This document shows, one piece after another, positions 1 to 13,590 of a stretch of 64,000 bases of DNA; the stretch's first letter is position 1; each line of letters starts with the position of its first letter. Below the pieces are notes generated by a model. That model was not told the DNA's origin, ran no database searches, and worked only from the letters and a program-made list of their open reading frames with translations. This stretch comes from Octopus sinensis (Eukaryota): the NCBI RefSeq assembly GCF_006345805.1, contig NC_043012.1, positions 1,054,001 to 1,118,000 on the forward strand. The letters are read 5' to 3'. The position numbers were made by a program, and so were the translations under genes.

Positions 1-44
1 TAGGTTCTAAGAACCTGTTTTAATATGTATAAGTTTATCAAGGT

Positions 45-255
45 TGAGAGCTAGCAGAGTCATTAGCACACAGGACAAAATATTTGGCAGTATTTCTTCT
101 GGTGCTCTACATTCTAAGTTCAAATTCCACAGAGGTCATCCTTTGCCTTTCATCGTTTTGTGGTTGATAAAACAAGTACTAATTGAACACTGGGCTCAAT
201 GCAGTCAATTAGCTCCCTCCCACCTAATTTCCAGCTTTGAACCTTTAGCAGAAAG
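45..255 (+). mobile_element. SINE-B, diverged
   Basis: GTTCAAATTCC B-box + CTTTGCCTTTCATC. Confidence 0.65.
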
Positions 256-272
256 TAAAAATCTACTGATGT

Positions 273-672
273 AGGCACAGGAGGGGCTGTGTGGTAGGTA
301 GCTAGCTTACCAACGACATGGTTTTGGGTTCAGTCCCACTGCATGGCACCTTGGGCAAGTGCCTTTTACTATAACCTCAGCCTGACCAAAGCCTTGTGAG
401 TGGATTCGGTAGATGGAAACTGAAAGAAGCCCGTCGTATTTATATATATATGTAGATGTTTGTGTGTCTGTGTTTGTCCTCCCACCATCACTTGACAACT
501 GATGCTGGTGTGTTTACGTCCCTGATAAAATTAGAAGTTTGGCAAAAAGAGACCAATAGAATAAGTACTAGGCTAAAAGAGAATAAGTCCTGGAGTTGAT
601 TTATTTGACTAAAGGCAGTGCTTCCGCATGGCCACAGTCAAATGACTGAAACAAATAAAAGAAAAAAGAGAG
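273..672 (+). mobile_element. SINE-A (tRNA-derived head, CORE-like CCTTGGGCAAG segment, internal microsatellite, GTAAAAGA tail)
   Basis: A-box TGGC..GTGG and B-box-like GGTTCAGTCC; many copies in window. Confidence 0.85.
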
Positions 673-789
673 AGTAGCTTTGCTAAAGAGGTTGAGTAAG
701 TTGTTACATAATGGGTGACATCTATGATTAAAGTAATTATAATTGATATTTTCAGACTGAGATTTTAGACTGACATATATGTATGTATG

Positions 790-1040
790 TGCATGTCTAT
801 GTTTGTGTGTCTGTGTTTGTCCCTGGCAACATCGCTTGACAACCGATACTGGTGTGTTTACGTAACCCATAACTTAGCGGTTCGGCAGAAGAGACCGATA
901 GAATAAGTGCTAGGCTTACAAATAGAATAAGTCCTGGAGTGGTGAAGGAGGGGGGGAACTTGCTCGACTAAAAGTGGTGCTCCAGCATGGCCACAGTCAC
1001 ATGACTGAAACAAGTAAAAGAGTAAAAGAGTAAAAGAGTA
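790..1040 (+). mobile_element. SINE-A 3' half
   Basis: Matches SINE-A consensus. Confidence 0.8.
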
Positions 1041-1596
1041 ATCCTGCCAGATCACCAAAATTGAAATGATTTTAAAATATTTAGAATCTTCATTAAAGAA
1101 ATGGAATTTTGTAAAATTTACAATCATTGTATTTAGATCATAGAATTGTGAAGCCTTTTAATTATGAAGTTCTTCATATAAATTATTACATATGATTTAT
1201 TGATATCATCTCACTTTTATTGTGAATTCTTTTCTCATCATTATTTGTCTTCTTTTTGTTCTCTTCTTTCTTTCCCCATCTATTTCTGTTTTCCTTTTCT
1301 TTGTTTTTTTTTTCTTCTTCTCTTTTTCTCTTTTAAATCTCTGTAGTATACTCTTTTGCAGTTCTGCAGCCATTCATGGGAAATAAATTATTCTGCATTT
1401 TTGACACTATTACTCTGTCGGAGATGCTTTTCTGACGAATATCACAATTTAGAAGGCATTCAAAAATACATATGTATTTTTAAGATATGTAATATAAATC
1501 ACTAATTGTGTGTGTGTGTGTATGTATGTGTTGGGCAATATGCATGATAAAAACAACACAGGAGAGTCAAGGTTTAGCAAATATTATATTAGCTTA

Positions 1597-1636
<40 letters not shown>

Positions 1637-1640
1637 GCAT

Positions 1641-1843
1641 GCACAGGAGTGGCTGTGTGGTAAATAGCTTGCTAACCAACCACATGGTTCTGGGTTCAGT
1701 CCCACTACATGGCACCTTTGGCAAGTATCTTCTCTCTAGCCTCATCCCAACCAAGAACCCTGTGAGTGGATTTGGTAGACAGAAACTGAAAGAAGCCTGT
1801 CATATATATATATATATATATATACACGTATATATATATGCAT

Positions 1844-1876
<33 letters not shown>

Positions 1877-2088
1877 CATTCATACATACATACATATATA
1901 CATACTTACATACATACATACATACATACATGTATATATATACTGATGTTGCTGTGTTTACGTCCCTGTAACTTAGTGGCTTGGCAAAAGAGACCGATAG
2001 AATAAGTACCAGGCTTACAAAGAATAAGTTCTGGGGTCGATTTGTTTGACTGAAGACGGTGCACCAGTATGACCACAGTCGAAACAAA
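1641..2088 (+). mobile_element. SINE-A
   Basis: Matches SINE-A consensus. Confidence 0.85.
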
Positions 2089-2406
2089 TATATGTATACG
2101 TACACACACACACACACAGGCACATAGACACACACATGCATATAACCATCGAACCCATGCTATTATGTGGATGTTAAACGATGATGATGATGATGATGAT
2201 ATATATGTGTGTGTGTGTATACATACACACGTCGTGTGGGAATCCGTAAGTGCTAGTGATAAAGAGAGACAAAAATAAGCATATCTGTCCACATTAATGA
2301 GAATGGTTGTCCCCGGTAACAGCGTGTGTTTGTTTACATATGCATATATACATCCACTATATATACATATACACATATATATATGTATATATATATACAT
2401 ACATAT

Positions 2407-2800
2407 AGGCGCAGGAGTGGCTGTGTTGTAAGTAGCTTGCTAACCAACCACATGATTCCGGGTTCAGTCCCACTGCGTGGCATCTTAGGCAAGTGTCTTC
2501 TGCTATAGCCCCGGGCCGACCAATGCCTTGTGAGTGGATTTGGTAGACGGAAACTGAAAGAAGCATGTCGTATATATGTATATATATATGTATGTGTGTG
2601 TGTGTTTGTGTGTCTGTGTTTCTCCCCCTAGCATTGCTTGACAACCGATGCTAGTGTGTTTACGTCCCCATTACTTAGCGGTTCGGCAAAAGAGACCGAT
2701 AGTACTGGGTCTTACAAAGAATAAGTCCCGGGGTCGATTTGCTCGACTAAAGGCGGTGCTCCAGCATGGCCGCAGTCAAATGACTGAAACAAGTAAAAGA
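2407..2800 (+). mobile_element. SINE-A, young
   Basis: Close to consensus. Confidence 0.9.
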
Positions 2801-3370
2801 ATATATATATATGTGTGTGTGTGTGTGTATACTTTTAATAAACGAAGGACAAAAGAGCAGGGTTTACATAATGACATTCACTGGCTTACAGCTGTTTTGG
2901 CTGGAAGTATATTGAATTACTGGTTATTGGTCCTGTTATAGCAAAACAGAACAGCAAAACATATATAAACACTTGTACATACTTACTCGTGCGTGTGTGT
3001 GTATGCGTGCACTTGTATGTACGTACGTGTGTGTGTTTGGATAAATTTGTGGTTGTGTGCATGTGCTGTGCACTCAGACATGACAAACAAGACTTTGCTG
3101 CTAGATCTAATTGTGGACGGCGTGAGCGGATAATCTTGTTGAGAAAATGGCATAAAAGTTTAATGAATCCAAACAGAAAGATGTAGAACAAGGCTGCGTA
3201 CACAGCTGCTTTGGCATCATTAATATTCACCAGACTGGTTTATTTGCATGTTCACATTCTACCATTTCTAAAGATATTTAATGGAGACAGAAAAGAGAGC
3301 ACAAAGAAAAAGAAAAGAGAAATAGGAATGACAATAGAATTTAAATAAAAATGTATTTTGATGAAAAGCT

Positions 3371-3457
3371 GTCTATCTATCTATCTATCTATCTATGAAT
3401 CTGCCTATCCGTCCATCTGTCCGTCCATCCGTCTGTCTGTTTATCTATCTATCTATG

Positions 3458-3538
<81 letters not shown>

Positions 3539-3570
3539 GTCTGTCTGTCTGTCTTTCTGTCTGTCTGTCT

Positions 3571-3602
<32 letters not shown>

Positions 3603-3674
3603 TCTGTCTGTCTGTCTGTCTGTATGTCTGTCTATCTATCTATCTGTCTATCTATCTGTCTGTCTGTCTGTCTT

Positions 3675-3714
<40 letters not shown>

Positions 3715-3735
3715 TCTGTCTGTCTGTCTGTCTGT

Positions 3736-3793
<58 letters not shown>

Positions 3794-3935
3794 GTCTGTC
3801 TGTCTGTCTGTCTGTATGTCTGTCTATCTATCTATCTGTCTATCTATCTGTCTGTGTGTCTGTCTGTCTGTCTGTCTATCTATCTGTCTATCTATCTGTC
3901 TGTGTGTCTGTCTGTCTGTCTATCTATCTATCTAC
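3371..3935. repeat. Compound (TCTA)n/(TCTG)n microsatellite
   Basis: Direct. Confidence 0.98.
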
Positions 3936-4019
3936 ATAACCATACACATACACATAAATGTGCATGTGCACACATACACACCTGCACATGCACACACACA
4001 CACACACACACACATATTT

Positions 4020-4426
4020 AGTCTTTTATTCGTTTATTTGTTTCAGTCTTCTGACTGTGGCCATGCTGGAACACCATCTCAAAGGGTTTAGTTGAAAAAA
4101 TTGAACCAAGGACTTACCTTTCAAAGCCTAGTACTTATTCTATCAAGCTCTTTTGCTGAACCACTAAGTTATGGGGATGTAAATGCACCAACACTGGTAG
4201 TCAAACAGTGAATGGGGGACAAATACACAAAAAGAGTCATGTATGTACACACACATACACACATTTATATACAACAGGCTTCTTTCAGTTTCCATCAACC
4301 AAATCCACTCACAAGACTTTGGTCAGCTCAAGGCTCTAGTAGAAGACACTTGCCCAAGGTGACGCCCAGTGGAACTGAACTGGGATCCATGTGGTTGAAA
4401 GGGAAACGTCTTACCATACAGCTGTA

Positions 4427-4428
<2 letters not shown>
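4020..4428 (-). mobile_element. SINE-A, diverged
   Basis: Reverse-complement match. Confidence 0.8.
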
Positions 4429-4479
<51 letters not shown>

Positions 4480-4537
4480 ATATATGTGTGTGTGTATATA
4501 TGTGTGTGTGTATATATGTGTGTGTGTGTGTGTGTAT

Positions 4538-4754
4538 TACTCTTTTACTTGTTTCAATCATTTGACTGTGGCCATGCTGGATCCTCACATTTAGTCGTGC
4601 TAATTGATCCCTAGTACTTATTCTATCGGACTCTTTTGCCGAACTGCTAAGTTACGGAGATGTAAACACACCAGCATCGGTTGCTAAGCGATGTTGAGGG
4701 GACAAACACAGACACACAAACACACACACACACCACACACACACACACACACAC

Positions 4755-4818
<64 letters not shown>

Positions 4819-5170
4819 ATATATATATATATATATATTTATATATAGTGTATGTGTGTGCGTATGTCAGGAGTGGCTGTGTGGTAAGTAGCTTGCTTAC
4901 CAACCATATGGTTCCGGGTTCAGTCCCACTGCGTGGCACCTTGGGCAAATGTTTTCTGCTATGGCCTCATGCTGACCAAAGCCTTGTGAATGGATTTAGT
5001 AGAAGGGAACTGAAAGAAGCCCGTCGTATATATATATATAGATATATATATATACGACAGGCTTCTTTCAGTTTCTATAGTAGAAGACACTTGCCCAAGG
5101 TGCCATGCAGTGGGACTGAACCCAGAACCATGTTGTTGGCAAGCAAGTTACTTACCACACAGCCACTCCT
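4538..5170 (-). mobile_element. SINE-A split (3' half 4538-4720, 5' half 5055-5170) by a + strand SINE-A 5' half (4868-5028)
   Basis: The halves join into the consensus. Confidence 0.75.
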
Positions 5171-5329
5171 CACACACACACACACATGTTGGTCCTCTCG
5201 GAGGCAAAGTGGCTGAGTTTCCTTCAGGCGTTGGGCCTCATGGAGATAAAATTGCTGAGTTTCTTTTGAGTGTGGGGCCTTGTGGAGACAATGACCAAGA
5301 CCTTTAGCATCATGTCGTGCATGAGAAGA

Positions 5330-5605
5330 GGACCCATCAAACCAAGCAAAATCACAGTCATGGCAGATACCTGTGTCATGCAAATTGGCACCCATGCTGG
5401 TGGCACATGAACACACCTTGGTGTCACACAAATGGCACATAAAAGCACCCATTGCACTCTCAGTGTGGTTGGCATTAGGAAGGGCATCCAGCCATAGAAA
5501 ACCATACCAAATCAGACTGGAGTCTGGCGCAGCCTTCCAGTGTGCCAGCCCAGTCAATCCGTCCAACCCATGACAGCATGGACAATGGATGTTAAATTAT
5601 GATGA
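5330..5605 (+). mobile_element. RTE 3'-end fragment (family E)
   Basis: GGCATTAGGAAGGGCATCCAGC...CCAACCCATG..AGCATGG + GAT tail. Confidence 0.8.
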
Positions 5606-5623
5606 TATATATATCTCACTATC

Positions 5624-5656
<33 letters not shown>

Positions 5657-5689
5657 TCGCATACATACATACATAATTATTAGATACAT

Positions 5690-6500
5690 GAATACAAAAG
5701 ATCACTACATCATATCACACTTTGAGGCTATGTGTTTGCAAGCCAGGAACAGATTGCTACAAAATACCTGGTGAACAAGAGAGACAGTGAGGCTCTTGTA
5801 ATCCCAAGGTGCAACCGCATTTGTAAGGTTAAGATTATGTTTCCATGGAAGACATCATGCATGTGATTAGCAGCTGTCCTAAAATAACGTCACAGTACTA
5901 CCTCCCTATACAGCATGATTTTGTCACTAAAACTATTTACAATGCCATCCACAAAAAAGATTGTCTTGAAATAAACTTAGAAAATCCCTCTGTTATGGAA
6001 TACATTAATAAACACCAACTCAAGGAATACTGGTGGAATATACCCATCAAAACTTCTGTCAAATGTAAGCATAACATGCCAGATATTGTTGTTTGGGACA
6101 GAGGGGCAAAGGTATGTATCATCATAGAGGTCAGCTGCCCTGCAGATATAAATACCTTTTTAAAAATCAAAGAAAAAGAGGCTATCTATGGACAACTGTT
6201 TCGAAACCTCCAGCTTCTATATCCAGACTATGAATTCATATTCATACCAATAACAATTGGAGTGCTAGGTTTTGTTAGTAAATGCTTAAAGGAGAATCTG
6301 GATGAACTGGGATTTTCAGAAAGAGAAATCAACCAGCTACCTCATACATTGTAAGTGGGTGGAACAGTAAAAATATGCAAGACTTTTCTCAAGTTCCAAG
6401 TGTGAATTTGTTTGTTTTTTACATCCCAAAGATGGAGCCTTGTATCTTTGTTGGAAACTGGCTCCCTCCTCAGTGGAAGATTTATGATAATTAAAAAATA
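5690..6500 (+). mobile_element. RLE-type non-LTR retrotransposon C-terminal fragment (R4/Dong-like)
   Basis: CCHC-type EDIMHVISSC...HD, PDIVV...IIEVSCP (PD-(D/E)xK nuclease), IPITIGVLG. Confidence 0.85.
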
Positions 6501-7680
6501 GAAGACACATACACACACAGACACAGACACACACAGACACACACACACACACATACATATGAAAAGAGAGATATAGAGAAATACATATACATACATATAG
6601 TTACACCTTCTCTATTTACACACATAGTGCAGTACATATGCTTTGGCCATAAACCCAGTTTTACTCTGTATAGTAGTGATAACCATTTCATTGTTATCAG
6701 CAGACTACAGGCAAATATACAAAAGGCAAGACATCTATCAGGAACGAAATCCATAGATTACGAATAAAATGCCCTCTAACTCAACAAGAAATATAATTGA
6801 TTATGTTATCTATATGTGTCTCCAACACAATTAATAGTGTGTCAAGTTGTTGTGGCTTCTTTTTTATTTTAATCTTCTTGCTAGTGATAGAAATTTCCCC
6901 ACCCCACCCCCCCCCGTTTCTGTTTATATGATGGAGATAAGTCTGTAAAGGTCAGGCTGTTATCAAATTTCTTGTCAAATAATTCTGTTCTTCTAATGAT
7001 ACCAACCAATATACTAGCTATCGTACATTGCTTTAGTAATAATTTCTTTCTTCATTTTTTTTTTTTTTTGGCAAGTCCAGTGAAAGATGTACTTTGTGCT
7101 TTGCAGAAGAGGTCAGAATATGACCGAAACAAAAAAAATACACAAAGAGTTCTCTCCCTTTGATATCATGCTATCAGGCTGAGGAAACATCTTGAAGGAT
7201 TTAATCAAAGAAATGAAATCTAGTGCTTATGTTTTTCAAAAGTCAGTTACCTATTCTATTGTGTGTTTTTTCTTTTTTCCTTTTTGCTGAGCTGATAACT
7301 TATGAAGACATAAATCAGATCAATATCAATTATCAAGCAGTGAGAGACAAACATAAACACAAAGGCATACATGCATAATATAAACACAGTCACATATGCA
7401 TACATATACACACATATACAAACATACACACCTATATATATATATATCTATTATATATATATAATATATATATAGTCCAACCCATGCTAGCATGGAAAGC
7501 GGACGCTAAACGATGATGATGATGATGATGATATATATATATATATCATCATCATCATCGATAATATATATATATATATACATGTGTATATTTACATACA
7601 TATGTGAGTTATATACATATATGCATACATACATACATATAAATATATATACAGACATATATATGTATGTATGTATAGCT

Positions 7681-7713
<33 letters not shown>

Positions 7714-7991
7714 GAAACATATATTCATAAATACATACACATGTGCACAGATGCAAGCAAACAAATATAAGCTAAGGGGAATAAATCAACAGATCACTAC
7801 AATCTGACATTTGTCCGTTTGGAGGATAGAAAATAGCTTTAAAGATATTAATGATATTACAATATCATATTAGTGATAACATCTCCAGTAACCTATTTGA
7901 TTATTGTCAGCTCACTGCAGATTATTTATTTATTTACTTATTTATTTATTTATTTGTATGTAGTATATTTTTATAGTTGTGAAGTTGCTCT

Positions 7992-8122
7992 GGCCTATTG
8001 GTTGTAGTGTTGGACTCATGATCGTAACATCATGGTTTCAATTCTCGAAGTAGGCACTGTATCATGTTCTTCAGCAAGATACTTCATTTCATATTCCTCC
8101 TAAGTTCAAATCAGCTGAAAAT
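7992..8122 (+). mobile_element. SINE-D (old CORE-like SINE)
   Basis: tRNA-like head + TTCAGCAAGATACTTCATTTC; relatives at 25468, 35692, 41855(-), 57193. Confidence 0.55.
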
Positions 8123-8301
8123 CATCGTCATCATCGTCGTAATTGTCATTGCTATCATTGTCATTGTTTTCATCATTATCATCATCATCATCATTGTCAC
8201 TATCATTACATCGTTTAGCTTCCCTGGATCAAACAGAATTTTGTTGAGGCAAATTTTAGACACCAAATTCTCTGCCAAATTGTCTATATACGTGTGTGTG
8301 T

Positions 8302-8970
8302 GGGGGCTGTGTGGTAAGTAGCTTGCTTACCAACCACATGGTTCTGGGTTCAGTCCCACTGTGTGGCAACTAGGGCAAATGTCTTCTACTATAGCCTTGG
8401 GCCGACCAAAGCCTTGTGAGTGGATTTGGTATACAGAAACTGAAAGAAGCCCATCGTATATATATAAATATATATATATATGTGTATATATGTTTATATG
8501 TATGTGTGTGTATATGTTTATGTGTCTGTGTTTGTCCCCCCAACATCACTTAACGACTGATGTTGATGTGCTTACGTCCCCGTAACTTAGTGGTTTGGCA
8601 AAAGAGATCACTAGAATAAGTACTAGGCTGATGACATAGAATAAGTACTAGGCTGGTGGCACGTAAAAAACCACATTCGAGCGTGATCACTACGAGTGCC
8701 ACCAGATAGGTACCCATGCCAGTGGCATGTAAAATGCACCATTCAAGCTTAGTTGATGCCAGTACTGCCTGACTGTCCCTCATGCTGGTGACACATAAAA
8801 AGGCCTACTACACTCTCAGAGTGGTTGGCATTAGGAAGGGCATCTAGCTGTAGAAACTTTACCAGATCAGATTGGAGCCTGGAGCAGCCTTCTGGCTCGG
8901 TAGCCTCAGTTAAACTACCCAACCCATGCCAGCATGGAAAGTGGACGTTAAATGATGATGACGACGATAA
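8302..8970 (+). mobile_element. SINE-A fused to an RTE 3'-end (family E) fragment
   Basis: AGAATAAGTACTAGGCTG is duplicated at the junction. Confidence 0.75.
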
Positions 8971-9003
8971 CAATGATGATGATAATGGTATATATATAAT
9001 ATA

Positions 9004-9041
<38 letters not shown>

Positions 9042-9100
9042 TAGATAGATAGATAGATATACATCATACATACATACATATACATACATACATACATACA

Positions 9101-9162
<62 letters not shown>

Positions 9163-9167
9163 CATAT

Positions 9168-9390
9168 TTCTTTACTACCCAGAAGGGGCTACACACAGAG
9201 GGGACAAATAAGGACAGACAAACAGATTACGTCGACCCCAGTGCGTAACTGGTACTTTAGTTATCGACCCCGAAAGGATGAAAGGCAAAGTCGACCTTGG
9301 CGGAATTTGAACTCAGAACGTAACGGCAGACGAAATACAGCTACGCATTTCGCCCAGCGTGCTAACGTTTCTGCCAGCTCACCGCCTTAA
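9168..9390 (-). mobile_element. SINE-B (tail type 1)
   Basis: Reverse complement of GGCGGTGAGCTGGCAGAAACGTTAGC...GAGTTCAAATTCCGCC. Confidence 0.85.
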
Positions 9391-9652
9391 TATACATATA
9401 TACATACATACATATGTGTGTATGGGGGGGATTCTGTTTGTTAGTTTTTATGTAAATCAATTTGCAAGCAAGTCTGTCTAGAGGACTGAAATCTCAAAAT
9501 AATCTTCATTTTTCTTTTTGCAAAGAATTTCGAATGACTTCTGACCTCCATCTCAAAAATTTCATCTAAATACAAAAAACTATAATATTTTCCTATTTTC
9601 CATTTATATCCAATCTGTTCAAGAGTGAATTCATGATTGTTTGATAGTGAGT

Positions 9653-9694
<42 letters not shown>

Positions 9695-10004
9695 TGTGCG
9701 TGTTGCTTTGCTTGTATTTTCAATTTTTTTCCAGACATTTTATAGACATCAAGCATCAGATTTTAAATGAGATTTGTCTCTTTACTATCTGATGACTTTC
9801 ATTGTGTTTGTATTTATACATACATACATACATACATACATACATTCATACATATATATATATATATATGCACATACATAAATATACATAAATATACATA
9901 CATACACACATACATATATATATACATATATACACACACACATATATATATATATACATTTATATATAGGCTGCGTGGTATGAATATTTATATAAATATT
10001 TATA

Positions 10005-10350
10005 TATAGGATGTGTGGTAAGTAGGTTGCAACATGGTTCCAGGTTCAGTCCCCCAGTATGGAACCTTTGGCAAGTGTCTTCTACTATAGCCTTGGGCTG
10101 ACCAAACCTTGTGAGTGGATGTAGTAGATGGAAACTGAAAGAAGCGTGTTGTATATATATATGTGTGTGTGTGTGTATCTATTTGTGTGTCTGTCTTTTT
10201 TTCCCCACCACCATCACTTCACAACCGATGTTGGTGTGTTTACTTCCCCGTAGAGTGAACAATAGAATAAGTGCTAGGCTTACAGAGAATAAGTCCTGGG
10301 GCTGATTTACTCAACCAAAGGCGGTGCTCCAGCATGGCTGCAGTCAGAAA
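10005..10350 (+). mobile_element. SINE-A, diverged
   Basis: Matches consensus. Confidence 0.8.
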
Positions 10351-10448
10351 CATCTGTTAGCTAATGATGTGTACAGCATAATTTCCTGTTCCCTTATTTA
10401 ATTTCATGTATGTGTGCATGTGTGTGAGAGAGCATGGAAAACAGATGT

Positions 10449-10481
<33 letters not shown>

Positions 10482-10490
10482 GGATGATGT

Positions 10491-10523
<33 letters not shown>

Positions 10524-10657
10524 GATGACAAGCATGATGGTATATGTATTGGAACTTTGGCCAAGTATTGTCTACTCTAGACCCAAGCCACCCAAAGGCT
10601 TGTAGTAGATGGAAAGTAAAAAAGCCTGCCATATGTGTGTATATGCATGTTTGTGTG

Positions 10658-10688
<31 letters not shown>

Positions 10689-11377
10689 TTGTGTGTGTCT
10701 AAGTGTATATGTCTGTTTGTCTTTCCTTGCCATGATATTGCATAATATTTGTTGATAGTCGTAAATGAATTTCACTGTCATACAAGCAGTGTAATTCCTT
10801 TTCAATCTACCATGAAAATATTTTTAGCCATTAGGTAATATAATTTTACTCAGAAACTGGTGAGGCTTAGCTATAGTAAAGGTATTTAGGTGTAGAAAAT
10901 CTACCTCAAAAATATTCCTCTGATCCATGCAAGCATAGAAATTCTATTATATTCAAATGCAAAGTGATTATAAGAGTAGTCTTACATAATCCTTCCTACT
11001 ATAAGCATAAGGCCTGAAATGTTGGGGGAGATTATACTCAATTACATCAACCCCAGTATCTCACTGGTATTTATTTTATCAACCCTGAAAAGATGAAAAG
11101 CAAAGTCGACCTTGGCAGTTACATAATGCTATATGAATGTGAATCTGGCAACTTAAAGCTGATGTAGAGTGCAGATGCACATGTTATAATCCACTATAAA
11201 GCCTGTCTACTTCTACCCTTATGTTCTGTTATTACTGAAGGGCATCCAGTCACAGAAACCATGCCTCAACAGAGAGCTGGAGTCTAGACAGCTCACTGCT
11301 AGTCAGCTCCATGTCAAGCCGTCCAGTCAATGTTAGCATAGAACGCAGATGTTAAACAATGAGGATGATGATGATAG

Positions 11378-11403
<26 letters not shown>

Positions 11404-11408
<5 letters not shown>

Positions 11409-11484
11409 GAATAAATGAAAGAATGGAGTCGAACGAAGATGTTAACATCTTCGTTCGGACTCCATTCTTTCATTTATTCATATA
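11404..11484. repeat. Near-perfect loopless palindrome (~80 bp)
   Basis: Centre GTT|AAC; arms differ by one inserted G. Confidence 0.9.
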
Positions 11485-12075
11485 CAACACACAAATTTCT
11501 ACACAAGAACCCGGAGTTTCTACCCTTGACAGGTCACTTCAACCGTGTTTCCTGACGTGAATTTGCTACCCAGGTTTCAGTTAAACGAATTTTCCATGCT
11601 GACGATAAACATAGGATAATTCATTCACCTACTTACATATATATATGTATATAAAATACAGTGTACATTTAAACACATTAAGAGGCATCCATCATAGGAC
11701 TCCCTTAGGCTAGAAGGAACAGCTAAAGTTCAAACTACTGATTAGGGATAAATTCTCGAAGGGAATGAAAAATAAAAACATTTACCACCTATTTCTTGGA
11801 CCATGGTTTCAGACTTTTTTTAGCAAATATAATAAATTGCTAGGCAAAGTCTTCGTCAACAGGTATGCCTAGATTAAACATATAAGTATGAGGCGAATCC
11901 AGTATGTGCTTCTTGCTTATACATTCTAATTTCTTAAATGTATATATATATACACTCTCATGTAAACTGTTTTTAACATTTTCTTATCATTATCAAAGAC
12001 TGTATAACTGTATGTTAATACTTTTGTGATAATCATTCTTTAACACAACAAAGCTTATACAAAGCTTTACATTTT

Positions 12076-12117
12076 ACTTTTGATAATCTTTTTCTAAAAA
12101 AGTGAAACCGGTCAAGT
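12076..12117 (+). ncRNA. Degenerate minimal hammerhead-like motif
   Basis: ACTT-TTGATAA-T-CTTTTT-CTA-AAAAAG-T-GAAA-CCGG-TC-AAGT followed by AATAAA. Confidence 0.4.
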
Positions 12118-13069
12118 CAATAAACGTCTCTAAAAGATCTTCGCATTTTCAAACCTTTCACACACACACACACACATGTAAGTATGTGTGTGGTAGACTT
12201 GAACTTCAGAACTTCATGTTTCACCTGATATCTTACTAGACCAATCAGCTGGTTGTGCAAGGCATTTGACAAAACTAGAATTCCCAATCAAATTTTCAGT
12301 ACACAAATCTGCACTGCCTGCATATATCTTCCTTCACATTAACAAGTGTTCTCATGAACTTCTCTGTGGAAAGCATATGGGAACTGTTTCTGTTCTTTTG
12401 CAAAACATGTATATACGTTACTTTATTCTTTACTTCTTTTCTTCTTCAAGGGGATTTCTCAGGCAAAGAAGCATTCTCCTTTGTGACATACCACTGCCAC
12501 ACATACATTATCTTTCTCCCGGAAATGAGAAATGTATAATATGTCCTTTTGGCCCAAAATGAGCAAAAGAGGAGTTGCTGCTGTTGTTGTTGTTGTTGTT
12601 GCTGTTGTTGTTGGTGGTGGTGGTGATGGTGGTAGCAATGTTTACATTAATGACGTTTTAAGTTTTGAGATTGTGTTACTTTTTCCTTTCTTTCTTTCAA
12701 ACTATAAAATACTTAGTTTTTATTACTGTATTTTTTTTATTCGTCATTTTCCTTTTTTGCTTCTTTTAAAAATTCTATTTATGCATTTGCATAACTTAAA
12801 TGGGCGGGCGTAAAACAGATGTGGCCATATTGAACGATGAATAAACAATAGAAAATTGACAGTTGCAGACCTATATGCACCCAATAAAAATGTCTAAGGA
12901 CAAACTTTCTTCTCTGCCTCTGTGAGCAAAAAGAATCAAAAATAATTTATTTAACCATAAAATAATCTTGGTAAAAGTCACTTTCTCAGCTGAGCTCCCT
13001 AAATACATGTGTCCATAGGTGGCAATAATAATAATAAGAAGTAAAAGAAGAACAAGAAGAACAACAACA

Positions 13070-13287
13070 ATAATAATCCTTTCTACTATAGGCACAAGAC
13101 TAAAAATTTTAGGGGTAGGAGCAAGTCGATTACATCAACCTCAGGGAATAACTGGTACTTATTTCATTGACCCTGAATGGATAAAAGCCAAATTCGGCCT
13201 CAGTGGAATTTGAACTCAGAACATAGAAATGGGCAAAATACCACTAAGCATTTTCCCAGGCATGTTAACAACTCTGCCAGCCTGTCA

Positions 13288-13321
<34 letters not shown>

Positions 13322-13590
13322 GTTTAACGTCCGTTTTCCGCACTTGTACGGGTTGGATGGTTCGACCGGGGTCTGGGAAGCCAGGGGCTGCACCAGGCTC
13401 CAGTCTGATCTGGCTAACAATAATAATAATAATCCTTTCTACTATAGGCACAAGACTTGAAATTTTGGAGGAAGGGGCAAATCGATTACCTAGACCTCAG
13501 TACTCAACTGGTACTTATTTTATCGACCCCCCCACCCCACCCCCAAAAAGATGAAAGGCAAAGTCAACCTTGGCAGAATTTGAACTGGAG
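13070..13590 (-). mobile_element. Two SINE-B copies (tail type 2) flanking a family E fragment (13290-13415)
   Basis: Reverse-complement matches. Confidence 0.75.

Noticed and set aside
2407-2480. tRNA genes at SINE heads (A, B, C, D)
   Set aside because: A/B boxes are present, but no complete cloverleaf is apparent and each continues into a SINE body.
3078-3121. Possible exon CAG|ACATGAC...GGC|GTGAGC
   Set aside because: 44 nt (frameshifting), poor pyrimidine tract, no NCKX similarity.
3358-4091. Long ORFs such as LSIYLSIY..., YIYIYI..., MYVCMYVC... here and throughout the ORF track
   Set aside because: Translations of microsatellites lacking stop codons; no coding signal.
12451-12462. 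Possible 12-nt microexon GGGATTTCTCAG
   Set aside because: Needs a GC donor (GCAAAG) that fits the GC-AG consensus poorly.
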